NCBI GenBank assembly: GCA_016748015.1
Contig: JAAOMT010000630.1
Coordinates: 62,001-126,000 of the forward strand
Length of the DNA stretch: 64,000 nt
DNA from: Geosiphon pyriformis uo1
Lineage: Eukaryota > Fungi > Glomeromycota
Reading direction: 5' to 3'
The notes below the pieces were generated by a model, which worked only from the letters and a program-made list of their open reading frames with translations, searched no databases and was not told where the DNA came from. Every line of letters begins with the position of its first letter. Position 1 is the stretch's first letter. Positions 13,120-24,198 of the stretch are shown in pieces. A program made the position numbers and the translations under genes.

Positions 13120-16100
13120 CTATACATTTATATGAACAGAAACCATATCACCTATACCAGAAAAGAACCGACAATATTTACGAAACCCAAAACTAACACC
13201 AAAAGCATCAGTAACACCTAATAACTTAACCACACTATCTGAAAGTAGCTTAGGGGGGCCTATCACTGGAAGGAGTAGAGAACCATTACGCGGAATTGAA
13301 CTATTTCCCTCCATAAGAGATCTGTGTTTGGCACAAACCAACCAAATCTCCTCCTAAAAAGTGAGACAAAATTTTCATACAAAGTCTATAACAGTTAGAG
13401 CTGCCACTTTGGGATCTTTAAAAACAGAAATTGACTCATGATATCAATTGTTAAAAACAAAATCTTTACAAAAAGCCGTGCTAATCACAACATCAGAAAC
13501 ACACATTGACAACAACTATGAGACACATAAGGAGGAATGAGATAAACCAGTGTGAGTTTTCCATGCAGACGCATGAACATTGACCAACCGAGCGTGGGCA
13601 GAAACATCAGATGGGCATGAAAACACATGGTCGGAGACCTCAACATCACCACAATAAAGACATATCATGTTGAGATAGCACTTATTATACAACCGTTTCC
13701 ATACAGCTACAGGAAGCTGATGATGTAGTGTCTTCATGAAATATGACCAACTGTCAACAGTACACTTACTAGTGAAACTAGCAGCCAAATGAGAATCCAG
13801 ATGTCACACCAAAGAAGACCTGAACCAGTCAATGTCTGAATGCAAGCTCTCCATCACAACCTGAGAGTTCGAACCCATCTCCCATCATGCACAATGAACA
13901 GATCGGAACATGTTACAGACAAAATGTCTAGAATTACCAGATACTGCAGTATCACCAGCTATTAAAAACTGCTCACTAATAGAAGGAGGTAGATGAAAGT
14001 TAGAAAAAGCAGCAGCCTTAGCTAAAGCATCAGCATGCTTGTTGCCTGAGACACCCAAATGGCCCTTAGTCTTAATCCAACTAACATCCAAGTTTTTGCA
14101 ACAAATGACATTGGTGATATGACGACACTCAATCCAACAACAATTCCTAAAATTAGGGCCAGCCAATAAAAACTCCAACCTGCAAGCATTAATAGCCGCC
14201 TGGCTGTCCAAGAACAAATCAACCAAACAAAAAGAAGGAACACACTCAAGAGCTAAAGCAATGGCCTGCAGCTCCACCAAAATAGAAGAAACCAAACCAG
14301 AAACCCCCACACCCAGACCTGAATCAATGTCCTCAAAGAAAACCACAGCACCAGCCAACATGTCAACTGTGCCCAAGTTACTCAGAGACCCATCAGTGTA
14401 TACAGAGAGGCAGGTGACATCCATACCCAACAGATCATGACAAACAACACCAAAACCAAGAGACTGACAGATGTTATAAGAACTATCAACACCATTATGA
14501 GTGGAACGACCAAAAGGAGAAGCTACACCACCAAGAAAATGAACAGAGAGATCAAACCAGGAGAAAACTGGGCCATGGGGGTCTAGTCTCTTTCAACGCT
14601 TGAAAGTCTTCCAATCAAAAACAATGCTATTCTGGTCACAAAGCTGTTCCATGAAAGCAATACCATAACGCCTAAGAGAGAAGACACATTTGAAGAAAAT
14701 CGTCTCACTAAGTACCAAAGACATAGAAGTACCACACCAAAGACAAAAAGCACTGGCCAGAGAGCCACCCAAAGACAAATCACACCCAGAAAAAATATGA
14801 ACCACATCTGCCAAAAAGTTGTTTGAAGAGCTGACTCTAACATGAACAGGAAACAACAAAGAGTGACGAGGACGCCAGCTGAGAATCTGGAGATCATGAG
14901 ACCTATGAGAAAACAAGTGACCCAAAACACCAACTGAATTCGCAAAAGCAATAACAGAAGCTAACTTGCTCTCAGCTTGAATCTGCTCAAAAGTTTTTAA
15001 ATTGTACAAAGAAGGATGATGAAATGCATCATTGGGAAAGTCCAGAGGCAGCCCAGATTTGAATTTCAGGCCCTTGCAAATCAAAGCATCCCATTTATTA
15101 CACACACTGAGAGGAATAAAACTAAACTGAGTTTTGTAGCTGACAATAAGAAAGAGAACTGAAGACACCAAATAAGCAAACTGTTTATCTGAAATAACCT
15201 TTCTTAGAATGAGATTAATGAAAAACCAAATGTCTAAATGCGCCTTAACCAAGCTAGGCTTTAAAAGACCATCAGAAGATAAAAAAATATCCAGATAATG
15301 ATAAGGTTCACCTCTTTTAGTGATGGAAATTGGCATACCACTGATAGTTAGATAAGGAACAGCAACTTGACAGTTGATAGGAATGGCCACAATCTTGTCA
15401 TTGTTTATCGAAATGTCATTCAAACAAAAAAACTCACTAGCAACATTGAGAATGTGTTGTGTAGCAGCTTGGCTGCTACTGACCCAGATAGTATCATCAA
15501 CAAAAGCACCAGCAGCCAGAAATGATGTCAGCCCAGCTTGAGATTCCACCTGGCCAGTCTTAGAAATGAAATGAGAAATCAACCTGTAAACACAAATGCT
15601 CTTCTGTCTCTTAACCTCACACAAAAACAAGTCATAAAATATGCACCAGAGAAGTGGCGAAAAAACTTCCCCCTGATCCAATCCATCGTGAACATGATAT
15701 CCATTAGTCAAACCAAAATCTGTCATCACTCTGTTAGCGTGACCATTATGAATGGCACCAAAAAATCTGATGAATTTGTCACACATTTTGATCCTAATCA
15801 AACTCCTCTTGAGATGTTTTCAACCAACAGAATCATAAGCTTTGCGCATATCCTGTAAAACCAGTCACAACTTTCGGTTCTTTTCCAAAGCATCTTTGAT
15901 TACTGAACCAATAGCAAAGATAGGCAATTGAGTAGACATACCTTTTAAGACAGAGAAATTGTTCTTACAGAGGACATCAAAAGTGCTACAAGCCAGGGAG
16001 ATCCGATCTGAAAGAATCTTGGAAAAGACCTTGCAAGCTGTCTCAATCAAAGCAATAGGGTGGGTATTTATAAGAAACCTCTCCCACTTGTAAGGTTTAG

Positions 16101-17808
16101 GGATCATTGAAACCCAGGCTTCTCTTCAAGATCCAGGTACTGACTCACAATCCAAACAGAAATTCAAGAGCACCAAAAACATATCTAAGACCGACTTGTC
16201 ACAGTGTTTCCAAAGTTCATTAGTAATACCAGAAAAACCAGCTGCTTTCTCATCAGACAAATTTGAAATAACATCAAACATCTCATTAAAACTGATTGAA
16301 TGCATCACATCAGAGAAGACATTATTGAAGACATGATTCTAAGGCCAAAACTGCCTTGCCCAATCACCAGAGATATTAGAAGTCACCACATGTTTCTTAG
16401 TCCAACCCTCCATGATTCCATCCATCTTAGATTTAACCAAATCAGGCTCCAAGACCAACTTCCCATCATCCACCAAATGATCCAACACCACTTTATGAAA
16501 AAGATGCTCCAAAACACTTCTAATAGTGTGACTCTTATCCACCTCAAAACTTTCCATTCTTCTCTTAATAGCCTGCCTTATATGAGATTTTCCAGCACGC
16601 TTAAATTCCAATAGCTTAGAAGAGTGGTAAGACTTTCTTGCCTTAGCCAGCCCAGAACAGATTGCATCAAAACTGGCACCAGAAAGAAACAGAGCTTTCA
16701 CTGATGAAGCACCCATAGAATCAAGCCTGTTCCAAGTATTCAACAATGAGGCAAAATCCCTGCCAAAAACCAACTAAGAAGCCTTCACCAGTTTAGACAC
16801 AAGTAGCTCAAGTCTATGAAACTGGGAAGATACCTTATTAAAAACACAATCAAAACCCTTAAACCATTTTTTCTTGAACATTTTACCAGCCAAAAGAATC
16901 ATAATCTTATGAACAATATCCCATATTGCATCCAGATCAGAAAACTGCTTAGCCGCAACATACTCATCCAAGAATATAACCGCATTAGCAGCCATAGCAT
17001 TCCTGAATTCTGACCACTTAATCTCATTGGCATCTTTGATATCATACTTCCAATGATCTTTATTAGCTTGTTTGCACAGTGAATTCAGCTGGACATTGAG
17101 CAGGCCACCCAGTCCCACAGAAACATAAACAGCCTTGTGATCAGTATCAAAATATTCCTCAATGCCATTCACACCACAATCCATCACTGCATCAGCCAAA
17201 TTAGAGGAAACAAACATGTAGTTGATTGTCTTAGTGATACCACAAAAATTGCACTAAGTAGGTGACTTTACAAAAGAGCTTCTCCCCAGAGAGTTAATCA
17301 AACCCAAATCAAAACATTTTTTAAAGCTGGCACATTTGTGCAAACCATTCTCATTAAAATTACCACCAAAAATAACAAAAGAAGACTTATTAACAGCTTT
17401 AGCAATGAGAAAGTTGATCTCACCAGTCTGAGAAAACTAAGCCACCAATGAAGCACCAGCATAGAGCCCCAAAATAGACATTGAAAGTTTATTTTTGAAA
17501 AGCAACTTAATGGATAGGAGCCGACCAGGCATCTCAGAAATTTTGCAGACATGCTTTGCTAAAAAAAAATTCACAATAATTAACACCTCAGCACCCAAAG
17601 AACCAGAATCCAAACCAGAAGCAAAAACTCAAACACCATCAAATTTGTCAGCTAACCATGGGCAAACTTTCCCTTTAAGCTTTGACTCCATGAAAATAGA
17701 AACCAAATTGTCCATATCCTTGTGCCAACGAATGACATCATCTTGCTTCACAGAATTGTTCAACCCATGAACATTACATGTAGCAAATTTCTATACCAGA
17801 CTATTCAT
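13120..17808 (-). pseudogene. LINE 1 ORF2: AP endonuclease, reverse transcriptase, RNase H, CCHC finger (~1560 codons, one frame, internal stops)
   Basis: APE: ATCNVHGLN, GGNFN, TINYMF, DTDHKAV. RT: PIALIET, DMRKAYDSV, GLDQGEVFSPLLW, AFVDDT. RNase H: VYTDGS, ELQAIALAL, DSQAA, KGHLGVSGNKHADALA. Finger: CLYCGDVEVSDHVFSC. Confidence 0.9.
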
Positions 17809-19604
17809 TAAGAAATAGGAAGAGAAAGAGCACCATCTGCCAAAACCAAACTGTCCAAGCATGCTGATAGGCTCATGACCGAAGCAGAGAGATCTTCCAA
17901 CATGTTTTCCAATTTCACAACCTCAGATGAGGCAGTTAAACCAAGAATGGCAGCAGTCTTGTCACTAGTGGCATCACCCAAACCCACTTCCATCACTATA
18001 TCCTCCCCTTGATTCTGTGATGGGGGGGTTACCGGCAGCTGACATCCAGGGCTAGACTGGGAAACTGCCAGCATGAATAAGTCCAACCTCTTAGCCAACT
18101 CACCAATTTGTCCTGTGAGGCTGACAAGACTGCTTTCAATATTCTTCAAACAGTCCTTCAATTCACCATTAACAGTCGGAAAAGGTTTACCATAAGATAT
18201 GGAACCAGATTGAGCTAAACCACCAAAAGACACTATTGGGAGTGGTCTACCAACCACGAAAGCCCAAGTTTTTCCACCAAAAGCCAAGGGATGAGAAATA
18301 GGAGCAGACTTTTTTTCATATATCTTTGCCAGACAGAACTGATCCTGAGCTGAAAAAGGAGCTCTCTTGCTCCTAGGACTTGAGGACACACCAGCAGTAT
18401 GACATGTGAGAGAAGTATGACTGGAAGTTTTGTAAATTGAGCACAGTACAGCGGTTAAATGAGACCATCGGAGACCAACACCTTTTATAACAGAAGTGTT
18501 CACCATCGCCTGAATAAGGCTACCCTCAGAATTGAAGCACACAGTAGCACAGCATGTTCAGACATAACTGACAGAACTGCATTCAATAACACATGTTTTC
18601 CCACCAATTGAGCCAATGAAGTCCCAAAGATCATGAGCATTAGTGCTCATGGGGAGGATATAAAGCAAAGCCCTAAACTCATCTCTGGCATCCCATGTTT
18701 TTTTGTCAACATCAGTCCAGGCCATACACACTGCATCTTTCCCAATAAGAATGGACCACTCAGCTGTCAAGAAATCAGCCTAAAATTGATCCTCTAATTC
18801 AATAATCGCCTTTTGCCATAGTTTTACCAACTGTATCTTGATCGACTTAATAACCCCAAATTCAGAAATGGCTGCATGCACTGCCTCAACGGAAGTTTCC
18901 ACAGGAATTTTTTTCAACACAATTGCCTGATTCATATGATTGTTGACGGAGTGCTTAAGATCGGTGTTTACCACAACACCACGATTATTTGCCAATTGAG
19001 CAGCTGCCATTATCACCTTTTCAAAAGTAAAAGATGCCCAAATGATTCCACCAAATTTTGAGGAGGTAAAGGCTCCCCCAAAACCATTTACACTTGAAAA
19101 GATTTTTCTGACAAAATTGACTTTTTTCTGAAATGATTTACCAGCCACTGCTACAAGATCAATATCTAAAATGAAGAATTTGTGAACAGGCACTTGAACA
19201 GACGGCTTGACTGGAAGAGGAGGTGAGAGAAGAAGAGAATCATCCAACACATTATCTTCTGCATCAACAGTATTATAGTCAATCACACCCAGTGGCTTCC
19301 CTAGCACTTTCTTGGTTTTTACATGCAAACCTTTTGGTGTCTGATCAGAATCCTCTCCCACAAAAGTACCATTATCATCATAGTCTATACTGGTTTTTTC
19401 AACCAAGCATTCTTCTTCCATGTTGATATTCTCAGATTCTGTAGTGTCATCAGTTTCAGAACCCCATGAACGAGCGCCAAGAGTTTTAGCAACAACCCCT
19501 TTATTATCAATACTCTCTTCCAACACACCACTCTTTCTTTTCTTCCTTGATGCAACAGCCTTGAAACCACTCTCAGAACCAGAAGCTTTAATGGTCTTCT
19601 TCAT
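17808..19604 (-). pseudogene. LINE 1 ORF1 (~598 codons, one frame, internal stops)
   Basis: ORF fragments starting at 19604, 18770 and 18542 are co-frame. They include an RRM-like region, a degenerate Zn knuckle (CSIYKTSSHTSLTC) and a C-terminal coiled-coil-like segment. Confidence 0.8.
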
Positions 19605-20164
19605 AACAGCAATAACAGAGCCAACAGTGGCCTCGTAATCGAAAAATGGTTTTGATTTGTCATACTGAATGGTAAAAAATTTCTTTCGAAAAAAACTATA
19701 GACTCTTTTTTGGGAATTTTTTGGACAAAAAAGAAAAAGTTACTAAACTGAGTAACAATGTTATTACTCCACAAAAGAGAAAAAAAAATACTATTTAATA
19801 AGATAAAAATAATTTAGTTAACTATTATTTATAATAACAAAAAACTAAAAAATAATAATAATAGTAAGTTATCTTATAAAATAGTTTAAAAAAATTATTT
19901 AAAAAGCAAATGCAAAATTTATAACAGATTTTATTTATAAAATATTATTTGTAAATAATTGTATTTTTATTTACATAAAAAACTATATTTTATAAACAAC
20001 TTAATACAAAAATATTAGATTGTGTTTAGGTCTTACTTATTAAATAAAAATACAAAAAATCTGCAAATATTTTTATTTTATTATCTATAATAATATAAAC
20101 TAATAAAACAGTTTAATATAAATTATTAACCAAAATTTCAACTAATTTTAAACTAAACTAAAAT

Positions 20165-21422
20165 ATTTTTATTTTATTTTATTTAATGAGTGAAGTCTAA
20201 ACACTACTTAATACAATACATCAACTAAGTGATCTAAACTAGACATGAATTATGCATTTTCCATATATAACCAGTCATTCAAGCTAATCAAAACAACACT
20301 ATACATCTATACAAACTGAAATCACATTATCTAAACCAGAAAAAAACTGACAAGAATCACAAAAACCAAAACCAACACCAATAGCATTAGCAATACCCAA
20401 CAATTTAACTACACTAGCAGAAAACACTAAAAAAAGCCCAGACACTGAAATCAAAACAGACCCATCATGCATAATTAGTCTATTTTTCTCCATAAATGTC
20501 TAGTGTTTGATATGAGCCAACCAAATCTTCTCTCTGAATACAAAGTCAAATCTGTGCACAAATTCCACAACTGTTTAACCTGCAATTTTAGAATCTTTAA
20601 AAATAGAAAAGAACTCTTGATACCAATTATTAAAGACAAAACCCTTGCACAAAGCCACACACATAGCAACATTAGAAGAACAGGAACTCAAATATTGTAA
20701 TACACACAAGACTGAACAAGACAGACTAGAAATCACCTCTCATTCAGCTGCATAGGTATTCAGCAACTAAGCACAAACATCAAAATCAAACAAACAGAAA
20801 AAAGTGTGGTCTAAAATCTTAATATTCTCACAGAACAAACATACTACACTTAGATAACTTTTGGCATACAAATGTTTACAAACAGCAACAGAAAGTTGGT
20901 AATGCAAAGTCTTCATAAAATAAGTGCAAGTGCTAACAATACTCATATTAATAAAGCCAAAGACCAAATGTGAATTAGGATGCCATACCAAGGATGACCT
21001 AAACCAATCAATATCAGCATGCAAAATATCTACCACAACTTGAAAACCAAAGCCAACTTCTCAGTGTGTTCAATAGACAGACTAAAATATATCATAAACA
21101 AAATATCTAGAATTAGCAGAAATGATGCCACCATTAGTCCTAATATAACACTCTGCAATATGATAAGAAAAATACTAATTAGAAAAGCAAGCAGTCTTCA
21201 CAAAAGTATCAGCACATTTATTGCCCAAGACACTTGAATAACTCTTAACTTTATGCCAACTGACCTCTAAACTCTTCTTATAAATAACACCCATAATATG
21301 ATAATGCTCAATCCAATATTGATTCCAGAAGTTAGGACACAACAAGCCCAACTTTGACTTACAAGCATTCAAAGCAAACTGACTGTCTGAGAAAATTTGA
21401 ACTGAACTAAAAGAAAAGAGGC
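20165..21422 (-). mobile_element. LINE 2, 3' portion (end of RNase H, CCHC, 3' UTR and A-rich tail), cut by LTR element A
   Basis: Homologous to 13010-14240 (WHKVKSYSSVLGNKCAD, CLFCENIKILDHTFFC, same 3' UTR). It ends abruptly at the TGTTAC at 21423. Confidence 0.85.
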
Positions 21423-22410
21423 TGTTACTTGAATAGAGAAACCAATCTGAAGTTATGAAAAAACATCACCAAAATGTGACATAATACAGAATAGCACACA
21501 ATAATGTTGAATAATGTGTTATAACTTAGAATAGTGCAGAATAACACATTATAATATAGGATAACACAGAATAACATATAATAATACCAGATAACATATT
21601 ATAATATAGGATAATTAGTAATAACATAGAAAAACAAAGCAATAACAGAAATAACAAAGCAATAGTTAGCAATAATGAAACAATCAGAAACAATTCTGTA
21701 AAACCAAAAGAATATATAAAAGTGAGTAGTTGTAGAAGGTAGAAACAGTAGACAGATAGATACAAACCACTAGACAAGAATCAAATATTCTTACCCCTTC
21801 CATCATTTATTCTATTTCATCTTCATCTTCTAAAATAAATCAATTATTAAGAAATTATAATCACAAATTTATGTTCTCAAATTTTGTGAAATTTATGTGA
21901 ACTAACCATTGTTTCATACATTCATTCTAGAACAGATGCTCTTAGCATAACTGCTTTGAACTATTAACAATTTGGACCAATTGTTCTTGATTATAGTGAT
22001 TGACAATACTAATTTATCTTTTATTTTATTTTATTTTATTTTATTTTATTTTATTTTTTTCTCTTGTGAAGCAGCAACATAGTAAAATCAACTGTCTAGA
22101 AATAGACTTTGTGATAGCTTGGTAAAAGAGGGAAGCTTTTTCTAAGTTGTTAGATATTAATATTATCTTAATAGCTTACCAGAAAAGTAAAAAAACACTG
22201 TCAGACCCTAATGATTGTGCTTGTTAGCTCAAAGAAAAAAGCTCACTTTTATAAGAAGTTGCAATTAGTGAGAACCAAAACTCTGTGCCTTATAACCAAA
22301 GAACTTAACAGGTAAATTTACAACCAGTAAAATAAAATTTTTAGAGACTAATAATCAAGATTAAACAACTGAGATTATGCGAAACACACCTTACTAATAA
22401 TTGAAAGCAC
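21423..22410 (+). repeat. Element A 5' LTR (left part; remainder 32274-~32317)
   Basis: Starts TGTTAC, is colinear with 40412-41420 and contains a (TTTTA)n tract. Confidence 0.88.
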
Positions 22411-23394
22411 TGTTACTGGAGGTTTTTGGTCTCTTTTCTGTAATGTTGTTGATACTTATTTGCTGTGAATTCACATTTTCTGGATGTGGTTGAACCTCCA
22501 ATAACTGAATTTTTAACTTCAAATTATCTCCTATAATTTGAACTTGCTGGGCTTATGAGTGGAATGGCCAATTCCGTGCCAGTTGCTTTGTGTAGTTACG
22601 TTGTAGTAAACGTCAACTCTTTCCCAGAAATTGCTTGTCTGGAAGCTCACTAAAAATATGTAGTTACTTTGCTGTGAAAGTCAACTCTTCTACAGGAATC
22701 TTGTCTGTAGGTTACCCTAATGATTATGATAAGAAAATAAAAGAAAATAAAAGAAATGTAAAAGAAATAGAATTTTATCAAGAGAAACATTTTCTATTCA
22801 GGCATGGAGTCACTAACAGTTTACTGAAATTGGTAGCTAATCAATTTCAAAATATTAGTTGGGTTTTGGGGATTTTCCAAGTGCAATAATTAAAAAATTT
22901 GGTTTTTCAAATTATTTGATATTTATTTCTTTTTGTGTGTATAGGAATGGTTCTAAGTGATAAATCTAGAGTAAAATATTTTTTTCTCGAAGAAAGAAGC
23001 TCTTTTTTTATACAACTTGTCGTAACATTATTCTATGAACTTGAACTTTGCTATTTTCTACAATTTCGCTGAACTAAAGATACATTTCGGTGAACTACAA
23101 GTTATTTCTGCGAACTTATTAGATATTTTGATGAACTATCAATTATTTTGGCGAATTTCTATAAATTTCGGCAAACTTTTGAATATTACATAGTTTGGGG
23201 TATTGCATGATTGATCATTGCAATTAGGTTACATTTGTGTTGTGTACAATTTGGGTTATTAATTAAATGATAATTTCGGACATTTTTTGCTAATGTAATA
23301 AGTAATAATTTGAAATGATAATATATGCTAATTAATGATAGGAATTATAAGATAATTTCATGTTAAATGATATCTCTAATTTCGTCTGGTAACA
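22411..23394 (-). repeat. Element B 3' LTR
   Basis: Colinear with 31286-32269 and the same length. Differences in the part compared are transitions. Confidence 0.95.
23064..23178. repeat. About six imperfect 20-21 bp tandem units (core TTTCGGCGAACT) in the U3 part of the B LTR; also ~31939-32053
   Basis: tttcgctgaact / tttcggtgaact / tttctgcgaact / ttttgatgaact / ttttggcgaatt / tttcggcaaact at regular spacing. Confidence 0.75.
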
Positions 23395-24082
23395 TAACCT
23401 CCTCCTTAAGACTGAGCTCCGTTGAAGTCCAAGTACTGTCTGTTATTTCCAGATAATAATCCAAAATTATTGAAGAAATTTGGTCTGAAAATTGTTGAAA
23501 TTTCAGTTCTGTAAGCTTTCCAATGTATTGAATCTTCAAAGGTTGAAAAATTGGGTTTTGTAGTACGTTTTCACAGGTATGGAATAGGTCATAAAGTCTA
23601 AGAGCAGCTTTAAGCCTGTAGCGACTGTTTGTTGATCCAGCTGTTGTCTTGAATTCATTGTGGAGTTGTTTCTGAATAGCTTCTTTTGTGAGGTTTGCTG
23701 TTGTAAGTTCTAGTTTCTGTTCGTAGAGTGTTTTTCCAATGTGAAAATATCTATAGATTGGAAAATATTCAGTGTTTTTCTCATTGAGACACAGTTGAAG
23801 TTTTTGTTGAATTGTAGCATTTGGTGGAATACTAATCGGAGTGAGCATTAGGTTTTCTCTTAAAGCAAGCTTTAAAAGTTCTGGCAGGTGAATTCCAGTA
23901 TAACTTTTTGTGTTCTTTTTATACGGGTGATATTTTCGTGAATTTGGGGCTAAATTTGTAACTACTTCTGTTTGGGTATAATTAATGTGGTTTCTAGTAA
24001 CAGTAATGAATAATTCGGGTATTGTTTTTAAAGCTAACATTAGTTTTTGGAATAATTGTTGAATGTTTTAAGAAATAGTCAT
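23363..24082 (-). pseudogene. Element B ORF3, ~239 codons of unknown function, overlapping the PPT and 3' LTR
   Basis: ATG at 24082, one early TAA (probably CAA), then 225 aa open (24040-23363). Homologous remnants occur in A and D. Confidence 0.75.
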
Positions 24083-24198
24083 TATAAACAATTGAAAAAA
24101 AATAAAAATTATTTTTGGTGTATGGGTTTTTATGTTATTTTTGTTTTGTTTTTGTGAGATTGTTTCTAAATTATAAGAGAATAACTAGTAAAATTAAA

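Larger units (their letters stand above)
13008..19789 (-). mobile_element. Full-length (~6.8 kb) non-LTR retrotransposon (LINE 1), inactivated by nonsense substitutions
   Basis: ORF1 plus ORF2 (APE-RT-RNase H-CCHC). Poly(A) tail appears as a T-run at ~13012-13021. A 10-bp direct repeat ACTATTTAAT at 12998-13007 and 19790-19799 is the TSD. Confidence 0.9.

Noticed and set aside
15538-17770. Plus-strand ORFs antisense to the LINE, and similar antisense ORFs over the LTR elements and host genes
   Set aside because: They are short shadows of the coding strand with no recognisable motifs.
22635-22889. Short ORFs repeated in LTRs (also 31531-31764, 21526-21777, 40414-40716)
   Set aside because: They recur only because the LTRs are duplicated. 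They are antisense to their elements, low-complexity and not shared between families.
23064-23178. CRISPR-like repeat-spacer array
   Set aside because: Units are ~20 bp in total with ~9-bp spacers, lie inside a eukaryotic LTR, and no cas genes are present.
23363-24082. ORF3 as an envelope gene
   Set aside because: No signal peptide, transmembrane helix or fusion-peptide-like region, and it is only ~240 aa.
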